Below the pieces are notes generated by a model, which was not told the DNA's origin, did not search any database, and saw only the letters and a program-made list of their open reading frames with translations. From assembly GCA_040954595.2 (NCBI GenBank), contig CM082578.2:5748831-5812830 (forward strand): 64,000 nt of DNA, written 5' to 3'. This DNA is from Balanoglossus misakiensis (lineage: Eukaryota > Animalia > Hemichordata). This document shows, piece by piece, positions 1-13,721 of the stretch. The stretch's first letter is position 1; every line of letters begins with the position of its first letter. Both the position numbers and the translations under genes were made by a program.

Positions 1-2440
1 ACAAAAACAAAAGGAAGGTGAGGGCAAAGAGCAAAAAACAATTCAAAAACAAGAACAACTATTGTCATAATCGAGAATCTGAAGACATCACAGTGGCAGG
101 ATTACTTTCCATTTATCGTGAAAAAGATTGATTTTTCCATTTTTCTTTGCAATATTTTTTTCTGAGACTACAATACTTGTAACTTTTTCAATGAAAACAG
201 TAAGAGACGGTTTCTCATTTAAAAATCGAATTGCATATAAATGGTACTTGGCTACAATTAATAAATGGTTTAATAGTGAGTTTCTGTTTTGAGGAAGGAC
301 ACCAAAAAGGACATCTCGACATGATAGTGTGATTATTTGATTTGTTTTAAACTGGTAGAATTTTTGAAAGGTGGCCCAAAATTTTCTGGCTTCGCTACAT
401 TCCCAGAATAAATGCTCTATAGTTTCTTGTAAATTACAGTGTTGACAGCTATCACTGTCTTTTATTTTATTATTCATTAAAAAAAGGTTTGTAGCTAGTA
501 TTCGGTGATTAATTTTAAATTGAAAAACTCGCAATTTAACCTCTTTTGTGGTTTCATATGGCAGTTTCCATATTTTTGTCCAGTTTACGTTTTGCGCATA
601 ATTCATTTTAGAGTACTTTTTTTCTGAAGTTGGTGGGAGAAACTTTTTTTGCTTAAACATCTCGTAGAATTCCTTTGTGGTGCCTGTTCGAATTGGGTTT
701 TTTTCAAGGTATTCTTGTGTATTTTCATCAGTTGCTGGAATGAAACTTCCATTTCTCAATAATTCCTTCCATTTTCTTGGTATTGATGAGATAACGCCAC
801 TATATGTTATAAAATCTACATTGACATTAAACTTTTCCTTAAACTCCTGCCAGGGGAGTGGAGCACCAGTGACATCAAAGAAATCGCTTATGTACTTAAT
901 ACCCTGTTGGAACCATTTCTTATAGAATATGGTGTTCCCATCGACAGTAACATATTTGTTATTCCATATGAATTGTGACGCGACCTCCTGGGCTGTATGA
1001 ATTTCCACGTTTTTCAGTTCCGAAAAATATGTCAAAATATTCGAGTAAAACATTGGGATTTTAAAAGGAATGCGTTTGACGTCATAATTACTGTTTAGTA
1101 GAAATCTGAGGCCCCCCAATCTTTGAAAGTATAAATTTGGTATTAGCTTCCATGGGGAATCATTTTCTAAAAGTTGCTTCAAATAAGACAATTTAAGTGC
1201 CTTATTCATTTCCAAAACGTCAATCATATTCAGTCCCCCTTTATCTAAATCCCCCATAATTGTAACATTTTTTATATGAGTTTTCTTATTTTTCCAAAGA
1301 AATTTGAAAAGTATTGAGTTTGCTTCTTTTACAAAACTTTCAGGAACAGAAATTGCTTTCATAACGTATACTAATTGTGAAATTCCAAAGCATTTTGAAA
1401 GAAGTACTCTTCCCTCTATTGTCAGATTTCTACCTTTCCATATGTCTAATTTATCTCTAAGTTTTCTTAAAATATTCCAGCAATTAAGTTTCTCATTTTG
1501 AAATGTGTCGTGGCCAATGTACACTCCGAGCAATTTGAGTGGTGATTTACTATCGGACAAAAGTGGCGGAAGATCACCGGAGTATTTCCACAGACGTTTC
1601 GTTGGCCCTACTAAAGGTAATTCTGTTTTATTGTAGTTTATTTCTAACCCTGAACAATTCGTAAATTCCTTTAATAATTGAATGCTTGTTTTAATGTCTG
1701 CTATACCATTTAGGAATAAAGTTGTGTCATCTGCAAAACCTGAAATTTTCTTTTTGTTGTTTGGGGTAAGAGTAATTCCATCAATATCCTCCGAATTCCT
1801 TACGGCTATTGCCAGCAACTCAATTGATATTACGAATAATGCTGTCGACAGGGGGCATCCCTGTCTTATCCCACGTTCTAATTCAAACCAACCCGTTGAA
1901 AAACCATTGTTTACGACACAGCTCTGTACTTTTGTATAGAAAACTTTGACCCATTTACAGAAATTTTGACCAAAACCGAATAATTGTAGTGCCTTGTGCA
2001 TGAAACTCCACTCCAAACTGTCAAACGCTTTCTTAAAATCTATGAACAGTATAGCGCCTGGTATTTTTTCATTTTCCATGTATTCAATTAAATCGGAAAC
2101 AAGCCGTATATTTTCCATTATACTTCTGCCCTTGACGAAGGCTGTTTGGTCTTGATGAATAATTGAAGGAAGGACTTTCGAGACTCGAGTAGCGATACTC
2201 CTACTTGCTGCTTTGTAATCAGAGTTTAAAAGGGAAATGGGGCGCCAATTCTCTATGTTATGGGGGTCTTTACCTGTTTTAGGAATGAGAGTGATTACTG
2301 CTTGTCTCTGGGTTTGTGAAAGTTGTCCCGATTCATAGGCATAATTAAGGCTGTCCACAAGCTTAGTACCAAGCGTGTCCCAAAAAGCTATGTAAAATTC
2401 AGGTGGTAACCCATCACTGCCTGGAGATTTGTTTTTTGGG
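1..2440 (-). mobile_element. 5'-truncated non-LTR retrotransposon (L1/Tx1 clade LINE); 3' UTR runs off the window start
   Basis: Contains the RT ORF below. Homology starts abruptly at PKNKSPGSDG (~2440) and there is no APE endonuclease or ORF1 upstream. Positions 1-87 are T-rich on the minus strand, like a 3' UTR. Confidence 0.88.
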
Positions 2441-2472
2441 GATGATGTTTGCATTTTAGGCGGGACTAACAT
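88..2472 (-). CDS. LINE ORF2 remnant: reverse transcriptase domain plus C-terminal zf-RVT zinc finger (794 aa, no endonuclease)
   Basis: Motifs KSPGSDGLPPEFY, NWRPISLLNSDYK, FIDFKKAFDSLEW, GIRQGCPLS, catalytic FADD, LLGVYIG, LTIEGRVLL, KGGLNM and CQHC..ETIEHLFWEC, all typical of Tx1/L1 ORF2. No internal stops. The first ~11 codons probably come from flanking DNA. Confidence 0.92.
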   Translation of the reverse strand: MLVPPKMQTSSPKNKSPGSDGLPPEFYIAFWDTLGTKLVDSLNYAYESGQLSQTQRQAVITLIPKTGKDPHNIENWRPISLLNSDYKAASRSIATRVSKVLPSIIHQDQTAFVKGRSIMENIRLVSDLIEYMENEKIPGAILFIDFKKAFDSLEWSFMHKALQLFGFGQNFCKWVKVFYTKVQSCVVNNGFSTGWFELERGIRQGCPLSTALFVISIELLAIAVRNSEDIDGITLTPNNKKKISGFADDTTLFLNGIADIKTSIQLLKEFTNCSGLEINYNKTELPLVGPTKRLWKYSGDLPPLLSDSKSPLKLLGVYIGHDTFQNEKLNCWNILRKLRDKLDIWKGRNLTIEGRVLLSKCFGISQLVYVMKAISVPESFVKEANSILFKFLWKNKKTHIKNVTIMGDLDKGGLNMIDVLEMNKALKLSYLKQLLENDSPWKLIPNLYFQRLGGLRFLLNSNYDVKRIPFKIPMFYSNILTYFSELKNVEIHTAQEVASQFIWNNKYVTVDGNTIFYKKWFQQGIKYISDFFDVTGAPLPWQEFKEKFNVNVDFITYSGVISSIPRKWKELLRNGSFIPATDENTQEYLEKNPIRTGTTKEFYEMFKQKKFLPPTSEKKYSKMNYAQNVNWTKIWKLPYETTKEVKLRVFQFKINHRILATNLFLMNNKIKDSDSCQHCNLQETIEHLFWECSEARKFWATFQKFYQFKTNQIITLSCRDVLFGVLPQNRNSLLNHLLIVAKYHLYAIRFLNEKPSLTVFIEKVTSIVVSEKNIAKKNGKINLFHDKWKVILPL

Positions 2473-5117
2473 TCAACTGTCAATAATATCGCTGCTGGTT
2501 ATGCGTACATGATAATGTACTGAATGCGAGGCATGTCAATCTGTTTTAAGGTGATGTAGAACCAGAAATTGTAGTCAGAGAATGAAAATACCGAAAATAA
2601 CATCAAACGTTACATGCAGCTACTGTCCGTTGAACTTATATGAAACATACACAGAAACTACTTGTACTTTGTCCATATCACTGTAACGTATTTGTATTAG
2701 ATTCGTGTGTATAATAGGCTCTTTGAGACCCTAATTATTCGAGTCAGTGGGGATGGACATATACATGTATTTGGGATAAAGAGGTTGCATTCCCATGCTA
2801 CATAATTAGTATGGCAAACGTGGATTTACATTTCCATAAATAATTGTGATATTCTGACTCAGTTGAAACTGAAGATAAGTTCATCAGAAATAATTGCTTA
2901 AATTTAATTACAAATACAATTCCCTGTTTCATGATTATGACAGGTTTCCATTCATAAAATGTTCGATATTTTGTTCCAGTGAAATTTACACTCGGCCCGA
3001 CATTTTGTGCATTTCTTTGACCTGTAATTTAAAATGCATTAGAAATGAAACCCTGCAAACTAGGAGAGATGCCCAACATTGTCATTTAGGTAACCAACTT
3101 GAGTTAAAATTGTCGCGCTCATATGAATAAAAATCATGTTAAAGCCCCAAGAACTGCCACTTTTGCATTATTTCCATGATTTTACTTTCCAACTTAGATT
3201 GGTCCATCTAAATATGCATACTAATAGGTACACATGGATTCTTTTTGATGACTGACTGTTGGTGGTCCCGACCTTACAGTCTAAAACATTATACATGTTA
3301 TAATGACATTTGGTAGGCACACAATACAGAACAGAGGACTTCGAGTGCGGAGTATTTACGCGGATTTGTCAACGTCACATGTAGTTCGAGCATAATTTGG
3401 TCCGCGAATAAAGGCGATCATAACACATCCAACACTGTGATTTTAACACGTTTGACAAGTGCCATTTGAAGAATGATTAACGACGACGTATTTGCGTGGC
3501 GATTTATATAACATATATGGGTCATTTTCAAGCGACCACTTGGTATAATAAACCCAGTATCCACTAACATTTGCAAAATACGACCTCAATCATAAACGGA
3601 GGTCCACTTAATCTCGTACAGGAACGGTCTGCAATACATCTGCACCAATTAAGGCAAATCAAAACTACGTACATTTTGTATTTTTTCCTATAAATATTGG
3701 ATTGTGTTCATTAAATTTTCATCATACCAATCCAGTAGCAATCGGCAATCCCGTAGAAATTGAACTCACACGAAACATAACACGTTTAACATCGTATTGT
3801 ACTGCCCGATATTTTAACCTTGGAGCCAATTATATTATTTGCAGTTTTAACAACTGCGAGAGGAATGGACGAGCTTCGTTGGACAACGATTCGGATCTGA
3901 ATACACGTGTTGACGTTGCAACCCTGTTTTGCAAGTTTCTAAAATTGCGTTTAAATGATATGTAGGCGTTTCACCACCTGCATGGGCAAATAAATAGACC
4001 GTGGCAGTCCGAGTGACGACTCGCACACAGAATCTTCATCGAAAAGGGCAATCATCTTATTATGATATGTTGTGTCACAACAACTATTTTCCAACATGAT
4101 TCAACCAACTCTATTCGCCCACCATGAATTGCGTATAATTATAATGTATATGTGCACGTCAATCCCCTATAGGCTCCTTGTTAGAGAATTGGCCATCCCC
4201 ACTTGGCACCTTCCAGGGCACCACGTAGATCCATTGGGACTAACGTCGGGGTCAATTACTTGCAGTTAAATATTGATTATCGTCTAAAATTGAACATTCA
4301 CCCTCTCCATGCTTAGTTTCAGCCAGCTTTGACATTCAAGCTGTGGTCTATATATATATATATATTGTTTGTTTTGCATTGTAACGCTGGGTTCTTCGCT
4401 TGTATAGGGCTGGTGAATATTTGGAAAGCATTTTACTGCGTGGATAAAACGAATGTTTCCAGGGATATGTGTAGGTATGCATAAATGCCTGCCAGGATTC
4501 AAGGCTTAAAATCTGTTACACATGGGGCAATGCTACAGTGTCTTCTTCCCGAATGTAACGGTAATTACATTTGTTAGATTATTGTCTCTGAATATAACCA
4601 CATTTAAACGGGGCAAAAGTGAAACGATCAAGTTCTCGTACGCTGTTCACCCTTTGCCATGTATACGTGGATGAAATGACCTTGCTGATTTTCAACCAAG
4701 GACGTACCATTTGAAGTCCATGTATTATGGTCAATTTAGATGCAATGTTCACCTGTCCAGTAAACGGATAACAACATGCATTTGTGTGGGTATTGTTGGA
4801 ATTCCTGCCCATCCCTTGTCGGACTATCACTATTTCCCTATAGAGTGCACGGATTAAAGCTGAATGTCGACCGTGACCTAAAATTTCCGCACTGCCCTCA
4901 AATATCCTAATTCAGTTTTCTTAAATGGTAAGTGGTGGAAACATCAACATGGGCTTTTCCGTATAGGATTGCCCTGGCTGTGAAGGGTCTCTAGGATAGC
5001 GTATGATTTAATGAACGTTCTGACACAGCAGGATAAAAAGCCGATGATCGCCACTGAGGCATGAAACATAACAGGTCACATGCAAGAGTTGTTCCGATTT
5101 ATGGTAATCTAATGTAA

Positions 5118-5835
5118 ATGTCGATCTGTAGACCGATTTCAATTCTGTCTGCAATTGCTAGGGTTTTTGACAATCACATTTATTGTAAGTTTTATCTTGA
5201 TTTGCTCATTATAAAACACATTCCTGATTCAGAAAGTGCAATTCATGTCGAACGGCTCTGTTACGCATCTGCGATGATGTATTACAAAATACCAAAGGTA
5301 AGTTTTATGGACATCTCTAAGGCGTTTGACTGTAACCTCGGTTTGCTTTTAAAGAAACCTACGTTTTATGAGATAGCAAGATGGAATCTTACATGTAAAT
5401 CAGGTTTCGCCGAAAACTGCATAATGCTGAACTTAGTGGTGAAAAAATAATTACTGATATCTGTATATTCGTCCTGTATATTTGTCCTGTTAAGTTTGAA
5501 GATACCCTTGGTGTGGCCATTGCGCATTTGATAATGAGTTATCTTGGAACAAGCACACTGATAATTTATGGCGAGTCAGAGAATTTGTCTAGTGTTTTCA
5601 ATTAATTCCCCCTTACGTTCGAAGTATCTTGTATTTTAGAAAAAATATCAATCTGCTTTAGAATATTATTACGTGGTTTAGGGAAATGGAAGTAAAAAAT
5701 ATTGAGAAGACGACCTCTAAGGGTTTTACTAAATGTGGAATTTGATACTAAAGCTCCACTATTTCACACGAAATCTGATCAGGGAATGTTTGTCACGCGT
5801 GCTTTCAAGATTTGGAATTCACTCCTCTAAAAGCT
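5118..5835 (+). mobile_element. Heavily decayed L2/CR1-type LINE RT fragment
   Basis: Translation gives CRPISILSAIARVF (YRPISIL-like) and FMDISKAFD (FLDISKAFD-like). Near 5790-5830 RAFKIWNSL resembles the CR1/L2 C-terminal WNSLP motif. Many stops and deletions. Confidence 0.6.
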
Positions 5836-5954
5836 TCGATGTAGCACCATTCTTCTGTTTCTTTAATAGTGTTAATGCCCTCGCTTGTAAATGATCTCGT
5901 GGTCATTATTTCTACGGCTTGTTTCGATCTTAATGACTAATGCTCGTGGAAAAA

Positions 5955-6078
5955 TGAGTGAGTGAGTGTGTGGGTTTGGTTGGTTGAGTGAGTGAATGAG
6001 TTAGTGAGGTTTGGCGTATGGGTGGATGGATGAATGAATGAATGAATGAATGAATGAATGAATGAATGAATGAATGAA
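5955..6078 (+). repeat. Compound (TGAG)n/(TGAA)n microsatellite, possibly the 3' tail of the upstream L2-like fragment
   Basis: Imperfect TGAG units followed by pure (TGAA)n at 6031-6078. Confidence 0.9.
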
Positions 6079-7563
6079 GTGACACTAAGACAAAAACTGA
6101 TAACAGTACATATACCTCAGGGGAATTGGTATTGGTAAGAGATATATGAGCTTGTAAACCACCTTTATAGGTCTAACTTAAATTCAAGGGGGTCATACTG
6201 CATGAAAGATCGTGTTACTTTTAAGCAGATGTTAGCGACATATTCTGCTGAACACACAGATGTACTTAGCAGAATGGCAGTAACACTTGCAAAAGAAAAG
6301 GTGTTGTACATCTGAGATAGTATAAGGCCAAAGAAGATTTGTTTCTGCTCTTTGGCAATTAGCAAAAGTGATGCAATTTTCTTTATTTTTCTCTTTTTTC
6401 CATTTTGTTTGGGCTAGTTTAGTTTAGCGCAGTTGATGCAACAGCTATTGTACTTTTTTATCGCTGACTGCAAAATACTTCTGTTTTCAGTTTGGCATGA
6501 TTGGACTGCATCAAAACAACTGAGACAATCATATTGGATAGATCTCTTCCGCTCTTTTCCCATATTCGATCGATAGGCCACTGAACTTCAGTTGAAGCTC
6601 GCCACCACACGAAATGCTGGCTGACCCAGATTTTTGTAAAATTGGGATAAATGACATGACGCGCAGGTCTTTGAGTGTGTACGCGCACGCTGATCAGAAA
6701 GAAATCTTTCATCCAAACATTGACTGCAATAATGCGATTATGTGTATACATATACGTGTACATGTAGGTGGCTCGGAGTCCCTGTGTAATACTATATAGG
6801 ATTACTTTACTAGTAAACGTAAGCCGTGAATGATGACGTGCGTTTTCTCGTGATGCAACAAAGTAGCGGCAGCCCGGCTTCTCGTTTGGTACCCTGGAGA
6901 TCATACTAGTAAGCAAATCCAGAAATAAGTTGTTCATACTGGGAATGATAAATATCTCGTTATCATTATTGAGGAGGTCGAGTAAGAGAAACTTTCACTA
7001 TCAGTAACGTTTAAGCACATTAGATACATGTACATGTATGTTCAAAGTAACGATGACTTATCTTTGCGCATCGTGAAATTCATCATATTTCGAAACGAGA
7101 GAAACAGTGCTAGTGACGGTCAAATTGAACACTAATTTCATTTTGTCTCATATTTACATGTATTACAATGCACTGGTATAGGAATCTATTAAAATTGCAC
7201 CTACACAACTACAACAATGCGACGGTCTCATGAATATAAATAATATCGACATCGATATAAATCGCGCCTATTTGACCAGTCTGTGGTTTGTCATTAATTT
7301 GAAGCAGGTTACGTGCAATATTTTGTAACATATTCATTTTCACACACGCGTTTTTTTTCTATAATGTTTGGCACACGGCACAGAAAGAAACCATGCGTTT
7401 AAGGATAAAACCCGTTGCATGTATGATAAATGATTCTATTATTTCACATACAACTTCGGAAATAAAGTGGGACGATGACAAACATTTTATCTCGATTATG
7501 TATTGCGTTTTCGCCCTGGGAACAAGATACTTTGAAAATGACTATTACTTTATTAAAGTGTAG

Positions 7564-7725
7564 CTTTTCCTTGGCTCTAAAGATATCCCTTCTTTTGATA
7601 AGGCGCATCGTTTCCTATGATATACTTTGTTCGTCGTCAACTGTCCACCCTAGCGGCTAAAATATAGTTTTAGCTCTAAATAATTTTCTTCTTTTGAGAA
7701 AGCGCATTATTTTCTATGATATACC
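7564..7725. repeat. Imperfect local direct duplication (~60-bp core, ~100-bp spacing)
   Basis: gctctaaagatatcccttcttttgataaggcgcatcgtttcctatgatatac versus gctctaaataattttcttcttttgagaaagcgcattattttctatgatatac. Confidence 0.6.
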
Positions 7726-10700
7726 CTTCTCCATTCAATAGAGTTTAGGATAACATTGTATTCAATTGTAAAATATTGCAGTAAACTTATGTATTTCCCA
7801 AGCACTCGGCTAGCTGAAGGTAACAAAGTTGATATTTCTGATTGTAAACCACGGCTCTTTAAAACACACGTCTCTGAGAGAGGTCGTTGCTGTGCAACTC
7901 ACCCCGGTAAAGTTCACATGAAACGTTGAGTTGGAATCTCTTGTCCGTCAGAACGTATCATTTTGAAAGTAAATCATTGTTATCAAATTTTATCAAATTT
8001 CATGATCCCTAGACACTTTGTGTCGGTTTTATTACTATCATATCTATGAAGTAGGGCAGGTTCATATCTAAATGGGACCTCTGGAACTTCTTTAGCGCTC
8101 TTCAAATATTTTGTTCGGATCTGGGCTTTTTTATGTCCGCCGAGGGCAACATCGACGCACGGGTGAAATATAATAATTCACGATTGCAAACAAGATGTGT
8201 AGATTCATGTATGTGTATGCTCAGTGGACTTTCTTTATAAATTCTCCGGATAATTGGCAAACGCTAACTCTATCAGACTTTTGAATCGATGAATAATGTC
8301 AAGTACTGAAAGTAATCCAGTGTTTAAAATGCCATGCAATCATCTGGAACAGAAAATAACCCGGCCCATATCCTATCACGCTGCCGGCACCATGAGCCTT
8401 TGTTTAATGCGGCCAAACCACAGATAACCAGACGCGAGAGTTCTCTTGTTTGATTTACCCGTGTCTCCAGAGTGAAACCTTCTCTAATTGAAAAATCCAG
8501 AGCCGTCCGTACAGTGTGGTTAATAACAGTCCAATAGATCAAAATTCTAAGTATAGTATTGCATGCCGAAATGGTGATGGATAACATTGATATATATATA
8601 CATGTATTCAGACACATGATACAAACCCTTTGTCCACGTTTCTCATACACGGGATTTTCAATATTGTATAAGCAGAGGAATATTAAACACTGAAGGAAGA
8701 CAGTGCTGAATTTTAAATGTCAAAAGTGACAACCTGTGTGATCTTTTGGGGGCGAATATATATTTGGCGTTAGATTTAAGCAAGGGCGGTCCTATAACAA
8801 GTAAGGAACATATTTCATAGTGACGTAAACGACGGTTTGCCATAAATAAAAGTAAATGGAGATTCCTTTGATTTTCTCCTTTTGACCCGACGGGTGCGCG
8901 ACAAAGCATCACCGTTGCCTTCGGCTATGATAGTTTACAGGAAATCTACATGCAAACGAGTCATGCACAAGAAAGCGTACATTCAAGTTGATCATGAGTT
9001 TTTATAACTAGCCTAGCGTCAAGATAGGGTTTGCAAAGAAATACAGGATACATGTATATATCAAGGTTAATAATTTACGTTCAGTCTCTGTAGAAGCTAA
9101 CTCATCACACGCAAATGCAAATAACTGACCGCACTGATGCTTATCTGCGCCGTGATAGTTACATCGTTGGAAATACACATCTACCCGATTAGCCGTTGCT
9201 TTTGAGAGGATAGGCTATGGTCTTAGAGTTCCCCATGTTCTTTGCATTTCTTTTGCGTGTGGACTCGGAACCAAAAAAAAAAAACCATTTGAACATTGCT
9301 CACGTAGTGAATCCAGTTTATATTGCTTTGCGAAAAGACTTTTTTCTGAAACAGTGGTCTTGTGGCCTTATATCGCTGGAAAATATCAGCACAACGGCTG
9401 CGTGTATTCTATCGTGTTCAAACAACATGCTAGGGACGATGAAGTGTATAGCAATTAGGCGCGCCGAATGGCTTCTGTTTAATTGCCAAAACTCCCAGGG
9501 TCGTTATCATTACTCTAGTCCTTTTGGAACAGGATCAGCGAAATGATTACTATTGTCACATCGACCCTCTTTACGCTGAAATACACAGGAAAATAATTTC
9601 CGGTAACCGTGCCTTGTGCCACATCAGCTTTAAAATAAATTGTCTTCGGGGGATTTTTTGATTGGCATATGTGAAATATGTGAGGGCGGAACTTCCCGAC
9701 CCTATAGTACACTTCAACATCACGATTCAAATTACACGCTGCTCACGAAACTATTCAAACGTTGCTTTGTCACGTTTACAGGTGCTGCTCCCTAGAAATA
9801 GCACGTAATATGGTTGATGAATGTAACAGTCTCTGGCTGTCGACCTGAAATGGAGAAGTATTCCAACCACAGCAATTAAGGAATATGGAAAGCCCCGGTT
9901 CGAATTGTTCTGGCTGCAGGAAAATGCACATTATCAAATCCACTGATAGGATAAAATATTTAAATCCAGATCCACGAAACATTACAAAACTGAACGGTAT
10001 TTCGAAATAAACTATGGATTATACTCCTGCTTATTTATCATTCGCCGGAGGGCTTCGTCATTAAGGCAGAGTCATACATTTCAGATGGTTCGTATCACTG
10101 TTTGGTTAACCGGAACAGCTATTGAGATTGAACATTATGAACTTGTCTTTTTAAACAGTAATCATGCCATTCAAATAACATAATTCCACTCAGTGAAGTC
10201 CACTTCCGGTCACTGTTGTTTCGGACATTGTGCTCATCTTCGAAATAAAGCACCCCCATGGCCAATTTTTTGTAATCATGTACATTGTACAGGTAAACGG
10301 CGAACTGGTTCCACTCAGCGGACGGTCCATTGGTGGTGACTGTTGAAATCACGTCGTTCAAACTAATGCAATTCCACTAAGTGGAATCCCATTTTCTAAG
10401 CATTTATCTCGAACGAAACATGACCCGCTTAGGGACAGCGAAATTGTTATCAAGAGCTCGTTGTCTGCAAGTATTCTATGGGTCTCCAAAGAATTGTTTC
10501 CAGAAATCGATTCAGAGATTACTACGAGTCGGGTAGCTTCAATAACGTTGCCCAGACAACTGCGCGAACTTCGAGTGTGTGTGCGATAACGTGTTTTAAA
10601 ATGCTCAGTGGTTGATGTACATATACATCAAACTAAAGATATCGATGACCGATGATAAAAACCTGGCTTTCCAAGTCCAATGAGAAAACAAATGTAAATT

Positions 10701-13700
10701 GCAAACAAGTGTGAATACAGCAACACGTTTTACTTGTAGACATACTCAACTGTCCAAAGCGCGGATACTGTGGCCTTGGAATGCAGATGCAAAAGTATTA
10801 CGTATATATCAAAGGCTAAAATTAAAACGCTACCATATGCAAGAAAGAGCCTAAAATTTTTCGCCTTTACTCTCATAGCCGACTAAGGTTCAGTTATTTA
10901 CCATGATACCAAATGCAGATATTATGTCCCATCCATTACGAACGAATTCTTGGAAGTGAGAATCTGATCTCCATGACATCGAAGCGGGTGAGAAATCAAC
11001 AAATCTAGGCCCATGGGTTACGTGTACACGCAAAAGCAATTAAAAACGTTAGTTATTTGCACTCACACGGAAAAGAGTAGTAGGTGTAAAATGATAACGA
11101 TAATAATAACCCGCAGAAGAACAATTTTAATGTCAGTGTGGAATTAAAATTTGCACTAACTGCAATATAAAATACGACGTTACTTCTATGACTTATTTCA
11201 CAATTATGATGAGTTCACGGCCACTTCAAAGGGTACAAAATTTTAATATAAATAACGCGAGTGCTGTGATATATTGCGGTCAGCGTTGATTAATAATAAA
11301 AATAACGTAGCAACTATCGAGTTATATGTGCCTATCTAAGAAGAATTTCTCTGGTCCAACTGTGTCACGATAGAATAGCGGGGGCATGAGAATCGTGGGG
11401 CACCCAAATGTTTTGATGACCCTCAAAAAAGGATTAACTCGCCCCAGATTCTTCATGATCATCGTTTGTAAACAAGTCACGTAGCAGACGATTTGGATTC
11501 CGTTTCGAAAGTCGATTTTAGTTTTTCCCCGTCCTTCGCAAAAAGAAAACCAAATATTAAATACTTGGAATGCAAGGAACATCAGTTATTTTGATAAATG
11601 AGATTTAGCATACACTAAACATGCTTTGGTATGGAAATTTCACCACCACATGACATATTTATATCGCATGAATTTGTATATAGAGAAAGGGTGATTGCTT
11701 TGTTTGAATGTCAATCTCCCGCGGTGGTGTCTGTGGCATTTCGGATGTGTATCTGCCTTTTATCTGCATTTATGTGCATCTGTGCTTATCTTAGAAAAAT
11801 ATATGACTTTTGGATATAGGCATTTCTAAACCTTGTCGAGTTTTGTTGTATAAATAAGGAGCCAAACATAAGCATTGTGTTTCTTTAAAACCTCAGAAAG
11901 CACCAGCATTGGTTTCAACGCCATGTTTGGATTATTAAGGGCGAGACGTTCCCGTATTCATCGGACCTTAAATAACATTGTTCCAAAATGGATGCAATTT
12001 ATGGCGGTGGTGATCCTCTACTTTCTCCGTCGTCATCACACAGACTGGGACTGATTATAGTACATTAGAAGTGTTCATACTTATAGGTTGCTGTGTCACG
12101 TAGGCTATATACATGCTGGTGTACTGTCCGCATCCCGGCCGTGATATTAGGTGATGTTTAGCCCTGGGCCCTAATATCACGTGGAGGCTATATTCATTGA
12201 CACAGGTCAACCTATAGCTAAAACACATCGGTATGATCTTATCCATGCTCCTCAATTGTCTGATCACCTTATCAATTTCTGGTGTTGCCTGAACTCCTAA
12301 GCGACGGACATGACATACATGCAGAGGAGAGGGGTGTTCGAATGTACGGTTATTATATCAATTAGTGATTACGTTTACAAAGCGTCATATTGAATGTAAC
12401 GGTTTTGCTTAGAGGCCAGAGTTTACCCCGTGCGATATGCTTGTTCAGAACCAGTATTCGGATATATTGAAATTGAATGTATAAATGTTCTTTTAAAATT
12501 GTAATGTATTCATCTACATGTATATAAATGGAACCATCCCCTGATAATGGAACAACCATATGCGCACGTTCGTTGATCACCTAATCATGCTTGAAATATG
12601 GCTACTGCTACGTTAAACTTTAAATTAATAGCCATGATAAAGTCAATCTCAGTGCATTTCCCCGAAATTTTCCATTTTATAGGTGTACACACAAGTTGGA
12701 GATGTTATTGCCTGAAATTTGATCGACATCGTTTTGCATTCGTCTGACATGTCCTTATTTTCACTCGTTACTACATGTATACTGCCATATGACTTCAGAA
12801 ACAACGGGGTATCGTTCAAACTTCGTGCAATATAATCCCTAATTATATTTTGGAAAAAAGTTTGTAGATTTGCTCCCTTTATTAAGCTTCGTTGTTTCTC
12901 ACGGTCTTGTGAATACATGTAGATCTGCAGGTTGTCAGCATTTGTGTTCAAGCAGCCAGATGCCATGTCTTAAATGACGTCACTTTATAGTGTCACTTAC
13001 GGACCGAGAATCATGATGAAAACACGCGCATGGCAACAAGGCGGGTTTGAATCCATTTTTACTTCCTCTCCTAAGCGAAAGTTTAGTGCGAAAATGTACA
13101 GCACGTGGCGATTATCCACAGTTTTCTTCACCATGTGACTAAATCACGTGTCGTCTATCCTGCAGTACGAAACTTCCTTATAGGTTCGCTGATGCATGCA
13201 TTCCCCGTTCCTCGCTTTCAGAGAACAGGGCAGCCTTGGCATGGTGTCGCATTAATTTTCTTTTTTCTTGGAAAAACAGGTCAATATTTCACTCCAACTC
13301 CTTCTATAAGAAGGGTTTCACTTTATTGAAAAGTGATTGATGTGGCATCCTCCCTGCTATTTTCCCCGATATGATTTATGTGATGAAGTATAGACAATCA
13401 CCATATGGCATTCGAATGAAAAAAGGAAGATAAAAAAACTAGCCAACGGGTGTCATGTCGTATCCCAGAGGATCGTTGCATTCAATCACGCAAGCCTTTT
13501 CAATTAGACCCACGTCCTGCAATTTATACCTTGAAATTTACTGCTAATTACCTGCACTGTAACAGTCATGATGACACGTATGTGTGAGGCAAGCGTTACC
13601 ATAGCGATTGTGTTGCCACATTATTCTCTGTTCTTAGCATCTAGTCTTCTATTGTATTATGTGATTAGTCTCGTCACGGTCTCGTGGTCTCGTGAATTAA

Positions 13701-13721
13701 TGTAATGGTAACTGTACAAGA

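Noticed and set aside
8225-8550. Possible exon (YWTD-, NHL- or DRAM-like snippets on the minus strand)
   Set aside because: Different frames suggest incompatible families, each with stops, so the resemblance is chance-level.
11385-11457. Imperfect hairpin; a similar 11-bp one lies at 12141-12180
   Set aside because: Short arms, no TSD or second copy seen; not enough to call an element or ncRNA.
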